From: Anaerolineae bacterium
Lineage (GTDB): Bacteria > Chloroflexota > Anaerolineae > Aggregatilineales > Phototrophicaceae
DNA length: 64,000 bases
Assembly: GCA_022824565.1 (NCBI GenBank)
Contig: JAJDZQ010000120.1
Coordinates: 74,445-138,444 of the forward strand
Direction of reading: 5' to 3'
Positions 8,595 to 17,718 of the stretch are shown here, piece by piece. The notes below the pieces were generated by a model. The model was not told the origin of the DNA. It was given only the letters and a program-made list of their open reading frames with translations, and ran no database searches. Numbering within the stretch: position 1 is the first letter of the stretch; the number at the start of each line of letters is the position of its first letter. The translations under genes and the position numbers were made by a program.

Positions 8595-9226
8595 ACGAAG
8601 TGCGCCAGGCTCATGCGGGCAGTCTGCGCGAGCAGCGAGCAGCCCATGATCGCCAAGAAAACAGCGCAGGCCAGGTTGATCCAGCGGAAGAGGCGCTGGT
8701 TGAGCAGGCGACGTCCAAATTCGACCAGCGTGGCGAAGAAGAAACACCAGCAAACCTGCGCAATCATGAAGCCGGCGAAGAAGACGAGCAGATGAATTGG
8801 CTGAGGATCCAGGAAGCCGATACCGATGATCGTGCCGCTCATGCCCACCCAAAAGGTGATATTCTGCGGATTGGACAGCGAAAGCATCGCGCCAGCCAGC
8901 AGATGATTCGCTTGCTCATCGCCCGCGCCAGCCATCTCAACATCCGCGCGCGAGGCTCGCCAGGCATCCCAGGCGAATCGCAACAGCAGGACGCAGCCGA
9001 ACACGCCCAGCAGCATGGTCACCCAGCGATTTTGGAAGAGGATCGACGCGCCCAGCAGCGCGATGATCGCCCAGACGCCATCGCCCAGCAGCGAGCCCAA
9101 TTCCACATGCAGAGCCGCCGTCCAGCCATGCGAGATCCCTCGCCGCAGCGATTCAAAACCGATGACGCCAGGCTGAACAGCAAATGCCAGAGACATAGCG
9201 AATGCAGAGAAAAATAGAACTTCCAA
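8591..9226 (-). CDS. LysE/RhtB family amino-acid efflux translocator
   Basis: 211-aa polytopic membrane protein with LysE-like N-terminal and NPQNITFW-type segments. TTG start at 9226. Confidence 0.75.
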   Translation of the reverse strand: MEVLFFSAFAMSLAFAVQPGVIGFESLRRGISHGWTAALHVELGSLLGDGVWAIIALLGASILFQNRWVTMLLGVFGCVLLLRFAWDAWRASRADVEMAGAGDEQANHLLAGAMLSLSNPQNITFWVGMSGTIIGIGFLDPQPIHLLVFFAGFMIAQVCWCFFFATLVEFGRRLLNQRLFRWINLACAVFLAIMGCSLLAQTARMSLAHFV

Positions 9227-9366
9227 AGTGGCGGCATCCAGCGAAGATGGGCAGTCATGCCATCGTAACGCCCCAAATGCTGCGCCGCCTTGCGCATTTT
9301 CACCAAGTTATCTGCGCACATTTTGTACGAAGCTGACAGCATTCTGCCTATGCGCTGCGCTTGCGC

Positions 9367-10506
9367 CTACCACTCCTGCAAGATTGCCGCGACCACCGCT
9401 GCCTGGCGAGGCAGGCTGTCGATGATGATGTGCTCTTGCAGGGTGTGCGCGCCATCGCCATGCGCGCCCAAGCCGTCCAGCGTCGGGATGCCCATGGCGG
9501 CCGTGTAGTTGCCATCGGAGCCACCGCCACTTGCGCCTTCTTCCAATGTGATGCCGTGCCGGGCAGCAATCTCCGCCGCGCGCTCAAAGATGCCAGCTTG
9601 CCGTTCCATGGGTGGGCGGAAGCCGTGTCGCCGGCAGCGAACTACCGCGCCGGGCATCTTGGGGTAGAGGCTCCCCAGCGCCTGCTCGACGCGCTGCATC
9701 TCTGCGCTGGTGATAGCGCGCGTGTCGATGTGCGCTTCGACATGCGCCGGGATGACATTGCCCGCGCTGCCGCCAGAAACCCGCGTAACCGAAACCGATG
9801 TGCCATATTTGAGGTCGTTCAGCCCATTGATTTCCAGCGCTTGCTGGGCAAATTCAATGATGGCGTTGATGCCCAGCTGTGGCGCGATGCCAGCATGAGC
9901 GGGTCGCCCTTCGATGGTCAAGGTGAACTTTGCGCCGCCTTTGCGCGCCGTTTTGATTGCGCCGGCCGGGGTGGCTGGCTCCAACACCAGCGCCAGCTCG
10001 GCTTTAGCTGCCTCGGCTTCAATCACAGCGCGGCTGTGCGGGCTGCCGATCTCTTCGTCTGTGGTCATCAACAGCTTGACGGTCCGCCTCAGCCGGTTCT
10101 GATTGTGCAGCGACCGCAAGGCCTGCAAAGCGATGACTGCGCCAGCTTTCATATCCAGCGCGCCCGGCGCAAAAAAGCGCTGGTCTGCTATGTGGGCAGG
10201 CGCTTTTTGCAATGTGCCAGGCGGATGCACGGTGTCGATGTGACAGAGCACGAGAACGGGCTGGCCGGGCGCGGTCGGATTCCATTCCGCCAGCAGAAAA
10301 TCCCCAACTTCGGGCTGTGGCAGCCGCTGCACGGTTTGCGCGCCGAACAAACTCAGCGCCCCTTGCAAATAGTCTGCCAACTGGTCAACCTGGGTTTTGT
10401 CGGCGGTGAACGATTCGCGCTGCACGAGCTCCCCAAGCAGATCCAACATGCCGTCTTTGCGGGCGCGGAAGTGTGCGAGCAGGTCAGTCATGCGGAGCCT
10501 TTCCAC
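9367..10506 (-). CDS. M20 family metallopeptidase (carboxypeptidase G2-like)
   Basis: HIDTVHP, DMKAG and TTDEEIGSPHS motifs. 379 aa. Confidence 0.85.
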   Translation of the reverse strand: MERLRMTDLLAHFRARKDGMLDLLGELVQRESFTADKTQVDQLADYLQGALSLFGAQTVQRLPQPEVGDFLLAEWNPTAPGQPVLVLCHIDTVHPPGTLQKAPAHIADQRFFAPGALDMKAGAVIALQALRSLHNQNRLRRTVKLLMTTDEEIGSPHSRAVIEAEAAKAELALVLEPATPAGAIKTARKGGAKFTLTIEGRPAHAGIAPQLGINAIIEFAQQALEINGLNDLKYGTSVSVTRVSGGSAGNVIPAHVEAHIDTRAITSAEMQRVEQALGSLYPKMPGAVVRCRRHGFRPPMERQAGIFERAAEIAARHGITLEEGASGGGSDGNYTAAMGIPTLDGLGAHGDGAHTLQEHIIIDSLPRQAAVVAAILQEW

Positions 10507-11272
10507 TGGCGATCACAATCATCCGTTCGCTTTCGTCATCATACTTGCCGCCTGCGTGATCGCCATGCACAGCCTGCACCTGGAATCGGCAGCGGTCTAG
10601 CAGCAAACGCAATTCTGCCAAGAAGAAATAGCGCAATTCGTGCGAAGCGATCAGCCGGCGCACGACGCCATCGCCATCAATCTCGTCGTAGACCCAGTCG
10701 ACATTCAGCAGTTGCGCCGCCCGGTCCAGCCAACTGATCGATTGCAGCATGACGAGATGCCCGCTGGCGGGGTCGAGGAAGTTGCGTTCCCAGGTCAGCG
10801 CGTCGCTATTTTCGTCGGCATAGGCGGGCGCGGCGTTGGGCAGATCGATGACCAGCGCGCCATCGGCAGCCAGACAAGCGCGCAAGTTTTCCAGCAGCGA
10901 CACTTGCGCAGCCTGCGATTTGAAGTGCATCAGCGCGTTGTAGCTGAGCAGGATGAGGCTGAACTGGCGATCAAAGCCGTGTGTTTGCGCGTCAGCCCGC
11001 ACAAAAGACAGCCGCCCGCGCAAGTGTGGCTGGCTTTGAACTTTCTGTTCGAGCCGCGCCAGCATAGCTGGGTCATTCTCTATGCCATGGATCGTGTGCC
11101 CCTCGTTGGCCAGGTGGATCAACACCCGCCCCGTGCCACAGCCGACATCCAAAATCGCGCCGGGATACGCGCGCGCCAAGCGGCTGAACAATGCGAGGTC
11201 GTCGGTCTTTTCGCCCGTTTCAGCATCATAGAAGCGCGCCACTGCTGTGTAGTATGTGGACATGGCCATCAA
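10484..11272 (-). CDS. class I SAM-dependent methyltransferase
   Basis: Motif I ILDVGCGTGRV. The 3' end overlaps the M20 gene start by 23 nt. Confidence 0.8.
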   Translation of the reverse strand: MMAMSTYYTAVARFYDAETGEKTDDLALFSRLARAYPGAILDVGCGTGRVLIHLANEGHTIHGIENDPAMLARLEQKVQSQPHLRGRLSFVRADAQTHGFDRQFSLILLSYNALMHFKSQAAQVSLLENLRACLAADGALVIDLPNAAPAYADENSDALTWERNFLDPASGHLVMLQSISWLDRAAQLLNVDWVYDEIDGDGVVRRLIASHELRYFFLAELRLLLDRCRFQVQAVHGDHAGGKYDDESERMIVIASGKAPHD

Positions 11273-11339
11273 GATTGACTGCGGGCGGACCCGTGGCTCG
11301 CGGCTATATTTTCCGTTCGCATGCGTACCCTGGCATCAT

Positions 11340-12524
11340 TCAGTTGAGGTTCTGGAACAAGCCCGCCGCGCCCATGCCGCCACCAATGCACATCGTCACC
11401 AGGCCATAAGCGCTCTCGCGGCGTTTCATCTCGTTGATCAACTGCACGGTGAGTTTTGCGCCGGTGCAGCCCAGTGGATGCCCCAGCGCGATCGCCCCGC
11501 CATTGACATTGACGCGCTCTGGATTCATCTCCAGCTCGCGCATGACTGCCAGCGCCTGGGCGGCAAAGGCTTCGTTGAGTTCGATCAGGTCGATAGCGTC
11601 CAGCGACAGGCCCGCCCGCTGCAAGAGCTTGGGCACGGCTTTGATGGGACCAACGCCCATGACCTCTGGACGCACGCCAGCCACAGCAAAGCCCACAAAG
11701 CGCGCCAGCGGAGTCAAACCCAGCTGCTCGGCTTTGGCGCGCTCCATCACAATGACTGCGGCCGCGCCATCGCTCAGCGGGCTGGAATTGCCGGCGGTTA
11801 CGCTGCCACCGGCTTTGAATGCCGGCTTCAATTTGGCGAGCGCATCGATGGTGGTTTCGCGGCGCAAGTGTTCATCGCGCCCCAGCATTTTCGTCACTTC
11901 GCTGGGCTTGCCATCCGCGCCGATGATGGTCTCTTGCCACTGGTAGGGCACGATTTCTGCGGCGAATGCGCCGGCATCGGTCGCGGCGGCGGCTTTGCGA
12001 TGACTGTGATAAGCGAATTCGTCCATATCCGCGCGGCTGACGGCAAACTCGCTGGCCACCCGTTCGGCGGTCAAACCCATGCTCATGTAGACATTGGGCG
12101 CATGTTCGGCCATGTGCGGATTCGGGCTGAGGTGATGCCCGGTCATGGGCACAGACGACATCGACTCTGCGCCGCCAGCGATGACCACATCGGCTTGGTC
12201 GGCGATGATACTGTTGGCGGCCAGCGCGATCGTCTGCAAGCCGCTGGAACAAAAGCGATTGACCGTCTGCCCGGGCGTATCGACTGGCAACCCAGCGCGC
12301 AAAGCGATGACTCGGGCGAAGTTCATGCTCTGCGAGCCTTCTGGCATCGCGCAGCCCATGACGACATCGTCAATGTCATGCGGGTCGAGCGCGCCGTCGG
12401 TCTGGCGCAGCAGGTCGGTTATCACTGCGGCGGCCATGTCGTCCGAGCGGGCATTTTTTGTGCTGCCGCGGATCGCCTTGCCGACTGCAGTGCGCGCTGC
12501 CGCCACAATTACTGCTTCTCGCAT
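11340..12524 (-). CDS. fadA: acetyl-CoA C-acyltransferase (thiolase)
   Basis: N-terminal REAVIVAAARTAVGKA, active-site NRFCSSGLQ, and C-terminal GGAIALGHPLGCTG. Confidence 0.9.
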   Translation of the reverse strand: MREAVIVAAARTAVGKAIRGSTKNARSDDMAAAVITDLLRQTDGALDPHDIDDVVMGCAMPEGSQSMNFARVIALRAGLPVDTPGQTVNRFCSSGLQTIALAANSIIADQADVVIAGGAESMSSVPMTGHHLSPNPHMAEHAPNVYMSMGLTAERVASEFAVSRADMDEFAYHSHRKAAAATDAGAFAAEIVPYQWQETIIGADGKPSEVTKMLGRDEHLRRETTIDALAKLKPAFKAGGSVTAGNSSPLSDGAAAVIVMERAKAEQLGLTPLARFVGFAVAGVRPEVMGVGPIKAVPKLLQRAGLSLDAIDLIELNEAFAAQALAVMRELEMNPERVNVNGGAIALGHPLGCTGAKLTVQLINEMKRRESAYGLVTMCIGGGMGAAGLFQNLN

Positions 12525-12607
12525 GGGGGGAGTCCTTTCTTGCTGTTTACGCTATCGCTACAGTATCGCCGAAACTATCCTTGCGAGACTGTTCGGTTGC
12601 GCGCAGG

Positions 12608-14989
12608 TCAATTCCGCAATGGCTTGTTCGTCTGCAGCATGTGCAAGATGCGCGCTTGCGTCTTTTCTTCCACGATAAGTTGCAAAAATGCTTCGCGTTC
12701 CAGATCGAGCAGGTATTGCTGGCTGACCCACTGGGCTTCTGCCAAACCAGCGCCGCAAAGAATATGCGCCAGGTTGCGCGCGATAAACGCATCGTAAGCG
12801 CTGGCATAACCCGCCTCTTGGAAGCCTGCCACCGCCAGCAGCAAGGCGGCATAGGCATCGCGCCCGGCGGCATAGACAGGCTCGGGTTTGCGCGGCTGGT
12901 ACGACTCGCTCAAGGCCAGCGCCAGCGCTTTCGCCTCGCCCAGCAGGTGCGCGCGATTCATCACGATCTTGTCATGCTCATTCAAGAATCCCAGCGCCAG
13001 CGCTTCTTTGGCACTGCCACTGACTTTGGCTGTGGCGATGGTCTCAAACACTGTCTGCAAGCCGGCCAGCACGCCTTCTGTGCCTGTGCGCGCCAGTGGA
13101 TTGACCAGCCGCCGCAGCAGCTCTTTGCAGCCGCCGCCAGCCGGCAGCAAGCCGACGCCAACCTCCACCAAGCCCGCATATAGCTCGGCATGGGCGACCA
13201 CCGCTGTGCCCGCCATGACCAGTTCTGCGCCGCCACCCAGCGCCAGATTGTGCGCAGCGACCACCACCGGCTTTTCGGCATAACGCAAGGCTTGTGTCAA
13301 ATCCTGCAGGTCCACCAGCGCCTTTTCTATGCCGGGCACGCCGTCACTGAGCGCGCGCGGGTCGAGGTTTGCGCCGATTGAAAACCGTTCGCCGTCATTG
13401 CCGATGACCAGCGCTTTGTACTTGGCATCCGCCAGCAGTTCCAGGGCGCGCCAGCCACTTTCGATCAAGCCCGGCGTGATGCTGTTGTGCCTGGTTTGGA
13501 ATGCCCAAAGCAGCGCGCCATCATCCATGTCGAACAAGCTGCCGTGGCCATTGCTATAGACTTCTGCCTCGCCCAGCGCCGAGACAGTGATTTCGCGCCG
13601 ATCTTTCTCCAGCGGCACATAGGCTGCGCGCTGCGGGCAATAGTAGCTCGTGAACTGGCCGCCAGCATCGCGCGTATAGAAAGTTGCGTTGCCGTCCGCC
13701 AGCATGGTCTTGACCCAGTCGGCGACCGGATAACCGTCTTTTTCGAAGCGAGCGACGCTTTCGGCCACGCCGATCGCATCCCAGATCTCGAAGGGACCCA
13801 GCTGATGATTGAAGCCCCACTTATGGGCGTTATCGACATTGACGATGCTGTCGGTGATCTCGGGCACGCGCTGGGATGCATACGCCAGCAGGAATCCGTG
13901 CAGGTGATACAGGTAGCGCCCGCCGCGGTCATCGGCATTGATCAACAGGCGGATGCGCTCGCCCAGCGGCTCGACCTGGCGGTATTGCGTGACGCTGTCG
14001 AAGCGCGGTTTGCCCGGCGGCTCGTATTCCAGTGTGTCCAGGTTGAGCGCCCACAGCTCTTTCAGCCCGCCCTCGCGCCGCATGTGGTAGAAGCCCCGGC
14101 CTGTTTTGCGTCCCAGCCAGCCACGCTCCAGCAGCGCATCGGAAAGCGCCCTGTTGCCAGGGTGCATCAGCAGTTCGCGAGCAGGATCATCGGGGATAGC
14201 AGCATACAGATTGCGAGCGACGCCCACGGCGATATCAAAGCCGACCAGGTCATTCAGGTTGAAGGTGGCGGTCTTTGGGCGGCCGATAAGCGGACCCGTC
14301 AGCAGGTCGACTTCTTCTACGCTATACGCATGATCCAGCGCATAATTGGTCGCTTGCATGCCCGACATGGACATAAAGCGGTTGCCAATGAAGTTGGGCT
14401 TGTCGTTGCAAAGCACCGTGCCTTTGCCCAATTTCTCGCTGCCAAAACGCAGCATGAACGCGGCGATTTCCGGGTCGGTATCGGCATGGGGGATGATCTC
14501 CAGCAAGCGCAGATAACGCGGAGGGTTAAAGAAATGCGTACCCAGAAAACGGCGCGCAAATGCAATCGGCAGACCCGCGGCGATGCTGCCGATGGGCAAG
14601 CCAGAGGTATTGCTGCTTATGATGGCGTCTGCGCTGACGACATCCGCCAGGCGCGCGAACAGCGCTCGCTTTATTGCCAGGTTTTCGACCACCGCTTCGA
14701 TCACCCAGTCGGCAGTGGCGACTTGCTCCAGATCATCTTCTATGTTGCCGATGCGGATCTGGTTGAGATCGGCTGAACTATAGAGCTGTGGCGGTCGCGC
14801 TCTGCTCAAGGCTTTGAGATTGGCAGCGACGATGGCATTTCGCTCAGAAGCTCCGGCGTCTGGGGCGCTGTCACGCGGCGGAATATCCAGTAGCAGGGTG
14901 TCGATGCCGCAGCCAGCCAACAAAGCCGCGATGCCGCCGCCCATGGTGCCGCTGCCGATGACCGCTGCCGTCTTGATTTGGTATGCCAT
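12608..14989 (-). CDS. fadN: fused 3-hydroxyacyl-CoA dehydrogenase / enoyl-CoA hydratase (FadN-type domain order)
   Basis: N-terminal NAD fold AAVIGSGTMGGGIA and a C-terminal crotonase segment ALGGGAELVMAG...GLLPAGGG. 793 aa, sited upstream of the thiolase. Confidence 0.85.
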   Translation of the reverse strand: MAYQIKTAAVIGSGTMGGGIAALLAGCGIDTLLLDIPPRDSAPDAGASERNAIVAANLKALSRARPPQLYSSADLNQIRIGNIEDDLEQVATADWVIEAVVENLAIKRALFARLADVVSADAIISSNTSGLPIGSIAAGLPIAFARRFLGTHFFNPPRYLRLLEIIPHADTDPEIAAFMLRFGSEKLGKGTVLCNDKPNFIGNRFMSMSGMQATNYALDHAYSVEEVDLLTGPLIGRPKTATFNLNDLVGFDIAVGVARNLYAAIPDDPARELLMHPGNRALSDALLERGWLGRKTGRGFYHMRREGGLKELWALNLDTLEYEPPGKPRFDSVTQYRQVEPLGERIRLLINADDRGGRYLYHLHGFLLAYASQRVPEITDSIVNVDNAHKWGFNHQLGPFEIWDAIGVAESVARFEKDGYPVADWVKTMLADGNATFYTRDAGGQFTSYYCPQRAAYVPLEKDRREITVSALGEAEVYSNGHGSLFDMDDGALLWAFQTRHNSITPGLIESGWRALELLADAKYKALVIGNDGERFSIGANLDPRALSDGVPGIEKALVDLQDLTQALRYAEKPVVVAAHNLALGGGAELVMAGTAVVAHAELYAGLVEVGVGLLPAGGGCKELLRRLVNPLARTGTEGVLAGLQTVFETIATAKVSGSAKEALALGFLNEHDKIVMNRAHLLGEAKALALALSESYQPRKPEPVYAAGRDAYAALLLAVAGFQEAGYASAYDAFIARNLAHILCGAGLAEAQWVSQQYLLDLEREAFLQLIVEEKTQARILHMLQTNKPLRN

Positions 14990-15161
14990 CTATCCCTTCG
15001 CCTTTCGCCATTGCCGCAATCGTTTGTCATAAGAAAGGCAATATCTTTATCACAGAGAACACCTAGCTAAGACCTAGTTAATCATGCGCAACCGAGCAAC
15101 ACCGCTCATATTCGGAACATGTAGGGCTTGTCCGCTACTATAGCAAACTCGCCGGATTTCA

Positions 15162-15488
15162 CCCCCATCCCCCGGCCCCTTGCCCCCATTGAGAGGGAAG
15201 GGGAGCTAGAATCGAGGAAAATCGTCGTTATTTCTGGTGTTTTCAGCAGCACCATACCGAATTCTCATGCGATCATTCGGCTTTAAGCCCCTCCCTCTTC
15301 ATGGGCTGAGGAGAGGACATGTTTCATTCTACCCCATCCCCAGCCCTTCCCCATATCAATGGAGAAGGGAGACTCGTCGAGAAACCAGTGCAATACTTGC
15401 TATCTGCAAGAAATTGAGCATCAGTGTTCATTTTCTCTGCATGCGCTCCCCCTCCCTGATGCTTCGGGGAGAGGGTTGGGGGGTGGGG
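15162..15488. repeat. four G/C-tract hairpin repeats in a long intergenic spacer
   Basis: Hairpins at 15162-15205 (ccccttgcccccattgagagggaagggg), 15287-15317, 15331-15372 (cccttccccatatcaatggagaaggg) and 15446-15488 (family A, ctccccctccctgatgcttcggggagaggg). Confidence 0.65.
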
Positions 15489-15513
15489 CAGGCCCTCACG
15501 TGCGCTCGGGCGC

Positions 15514-16227
15514 TCACCAGGGCAATTCGCTGCCGTCGTATTGGTAGAATTTGCCCTGGTCTGCCTCGGTCAAGCCGCCGATCAATGTGTGCAAGCCACT
15601 GCCCGATTCCTCTGGTTCGAGCAGCGCGCCCGCGCCGCCCATATCGGTTTTCACCCAGCCGGGATTGGCTGTGATGGTGATGATGCCCGCCATCGCTTCA
15701 TCAAATGCCAGCACGCGCGCCGCCATGTTCATCGCCGCCTTGCTCATGCGATAGGCATAGGAATCGCCTTGCGTCCGCTGCATAGAGCCCATGCCCGACG
15801 AAATCATGACAACCCGCGGATTGTCGCCCGCGCTCAGCAGCGGCCGGCAGGCTTGCGTCACAATCAGCGCGGCCACGGCGTTGGTGGTGATGATCTCGCT
15901 GACATCGTCGGCGGACAAGCTGCCCATGTGGCTCGATTGATGTGCGCCTCTGGGATTGATGCCGGCGTTGTTGACGAGGATGTCCAGCGCGCCGGCTCTG
16001 GCTGCGATTCGCTCGGTCGCGGCGGTTATGGACCTCGCATCGTTGACATCCAGCTGCACGATGACGAGCCTGTCGGCAGCTTGCCCCGCCCGTTCTTTCA
16101 AGCCCGTAGCGGCAGACGGTCGCCGACAGCCAGCGAAGACCAGCGCATCGCCCGCGGCGACATATTGCCGCGCCAGCTCGAAGCCGATGCCACGATTCGC
16201 GCCTGTGATCAAGATTCTTTGCATCAT
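15514..16227 (-). CDS. short-chain dehydrogenase/reductase (SDR)
   Basis: TGANRGIG cofactor motif. The first 19 codons lie inside the proximal copy of the 57-bp duplication. Confidence 0.85.
   Translation of the reverse strand: MMQRILITGANRGIGFELARQYVAAGDALVFAGCRRPSAATGLKERAGQAADRLVIVQLDVNDARSITAATERIAARAGALDILVNNAGINPRGAHQSSHMGSLSADDVSEIITTNAVAALIVTQACRPLLSAGDNPRVVMISSGMGSMQRTQGDSYAYRMSKAAMNMAARVLAFDEAMAGIITITANPGWVKTDMGGAGALLEPEESGSGLHTLIGGLTEADQGKFYQYDGSELPW
16168..16224. repeat. 57-bp direct repeat, copy 1 (heads the intact SDR ORF)
   Basis: ccgcgccagctcgaagccgatgccacgattcgcgcctgtgatcaagattctttgcat, identical base for base to 17523-17579. Confidence 0.95.
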
Positions 16228-17522
16228 AGTTCTCTACCCATTCTCCATTTGTTGCGATTGAACCTCATTCAAGTCTTCGTCCGTTTCAAGCTGGCTTAAA
16301 CCTTCAGCGTCAAATTCTAAGAACTTAATCTTCTTTTGGTGGATGCCAATTTCGTTTTCAATCAGCAAGTCAAACAGTCTTTGCCCATCAATCAAAGTTA
16401 TTGGAGCAGCGCCCTTTTCAAACGCAGCAATTCTCGCAGGCATTGCGAATCCACCAGTTGTAATGATTGTGGCACGAACTGCGTCAAATCGATGTAACGA
16501 GCCGCGGAGCATATCCAGCACAGGGCGTCCCACTCTACTCCGTTGTCGCTTTACTTGGATCACTTCGCGCACCCTGCTGATGCCAACTTCTAAATCGCCT
16601 ACAACATCTACTCCTTTGTCATTACTTTGTTGTGTGACTTCGACATTTTCGTAACCCATCTTTTCAAGGAGGCGTTTAACTAGATGCTCAAATGCATAAG
16701 GTTCCATATCTTGAATATATTCCTTGAGATCTTTGCGTGCTTTGTCGCTTAACTTTTTTGCTAGGTCGCTGAGACCGAGGCTTGCTTCTCCAGGAGACCC
16801 ATCGGAAGTTAGCTGCCGCAAATGCTTAAGTCCAATGTCAGTAATCTGGTAAGCATGCCCGATTCGCTCAATAAGTTTCCGTTCTTTCAGATGGCGGAAT
16901 CGAGCGCTAAGCGCATAATCAATAGATGATGAGGCTCTCCAAGTGGTATAGGTCTGGCAGTATGTGGTAAAAGCACTAATCAAGTCAGAACGTTTGCAAG
17001 GACTCTTTTCTGCGATCTCGCTCAAGGCAAACAATAGGCCTTCACTTTTATCGATTTCTAGAACGATCTCGCTTTCGTTGTTTAGGAACTTCATTCCCTT
17101 CTCTGTAAGCCGAATCGTATCCTCTGTGAATAGCGCAAGATGGCGATTCTTGGCAAACATTCGGATATCCTGAGAATGTCGAGGATTGATCAGTTTGCCA
17201 GATTCTTGCCAAAGTCTCAGTGCCAAGTCCTTGCTCGTTCCTTCCAATCGTTCCGGAATCCATTCGTCAGGTTTCATCCAATTCACCTGGCTCTTTTGTG
17301 AACCAATTTGGGCCAAAATGTCGTTCATCATTGACACATAGCTCGAATAACGAGTCCCTTGCAGTATTCTGAGGAATTCTTGCGCACTCTCGTATGCTGG
17401 AATGTAGCCAGTCAGCGATCGGTTCTTCATTGAGTCCACGCCTCCATCAATCTAAGGAAGTGAGCGCCGCCAGTCATACATAGACAATGACTCGGCGTTT
17501 TTCTCGACATTAGACCGTTCGT
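16225..17522 (-). mobile_element. inserted single-gene cassette (Mrr-type endonuclease) bounded by a 57-bp target duplication
   Basis: The 1298-bp segment is visibly AT-richer than both flanks (by eye, not computed). It holds one gene, perfect direct repeats lie on each side, and no recombinase gene is present. Confidence 0.6.
16234..17439 (-). CDS. Mrr-like (type IV) restriction endonuclease with an N-terminal winged-helix region
   Basis: C-terminal Mrr_cat-like core FEHLVKRLLEKMGY...DKGVDVVGD...VIQVKRQ...TIITTGGF. The likely real start is ATG 17430 (MKNRSL), preceded by GGAGG. The track start is GTG 17439. Confidence 0.8.
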   Translation of the reverse strand: MDSMKNRSLTGYIPAYESAQEFLRILQGTRYSSYVSMMNDILAQIGSQKSQVNWMKPDEWIPERLEGTSKDLALRLWQESGKLINPRHSQDIRMFAKNRHLALFTEDTIRLTEKGMKFLNNESEIVLEIDKSEGLLFALSEIAEKSPCKRSDLISAFTTYCQTYTTWRASSSIDYALSARFRHLKERKLIERIGHAYQITDIGLKHLRQLTSDGSPGEASLGLSDLAKKLSDKARKDLKEYIQDMEPYAFEHLVKRLLEKMGYENVEVTQQSNDKGVDVVGDLEVGISRVREVIQVKRQRSRVGRPVLDMLRGSLHRFDAVRATIITTGGFAMPARIAAFEKGAAPITLIDGQRLFDLLIENEIGIHQKKIKFLEFDAEGLSQLETDEDLNEVQSQQMENG

Positions 17523-17579
17523 CCGCGCCAGCTCGAAGCCGATGCCACGATTCGCGCCTGTGATCAAGATTCTTTGCAT
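17427..17579 (-). pseudogene. duplicated 5' fragment of the SDR gene, read as a 50-codon remnant ORF
   Basis: ATG 17579 retains the native GGAGGAG SD 7 nt upstream. It encodes MQRILITGANRGIGFELAR plus 31 unrelated codons. Its TGA (17429-17427) overlaps the Mrr ATG as ATGA. Confidence 0.6.
17523..17579. repeat. 57-bp direct repeat, copy 2 (original SDR start context)
   Basis: Identical to 16168-16224. Confidence 0.95.
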
Positions 17580-17718
17580 GGTCGCGCTCCTCCTCTTGCT
17601 GCAGAATTGACGCGCATGATACTGGACGACCGCCCCGCATTCCAGTCCAAGCGCGCAATACCATTTCGCGCGGCGGGGACTATACTACGGCTCGGCGACT
17701 GGCTGGGGACTGGACACC

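Noticed and set aside
15237-15674. 145-aa plus-strand ORF in the repeat-rich spacer upstream of fadN. Also 38360-39187(+) across the nrdJ leader and start.
   Set aside because: The translations are repeat-derived or Arg-rich with no motifs. They overlap hairpin repeats and well-supported genes.
17452-17664. 70-aa minus-strand track ORF across the distal repeat copy.
   Set aside because: It is in a different frame from the duplicated SDR start. The biologically meaningful frame is the 50-codon remnant ORF at 17427-17579.
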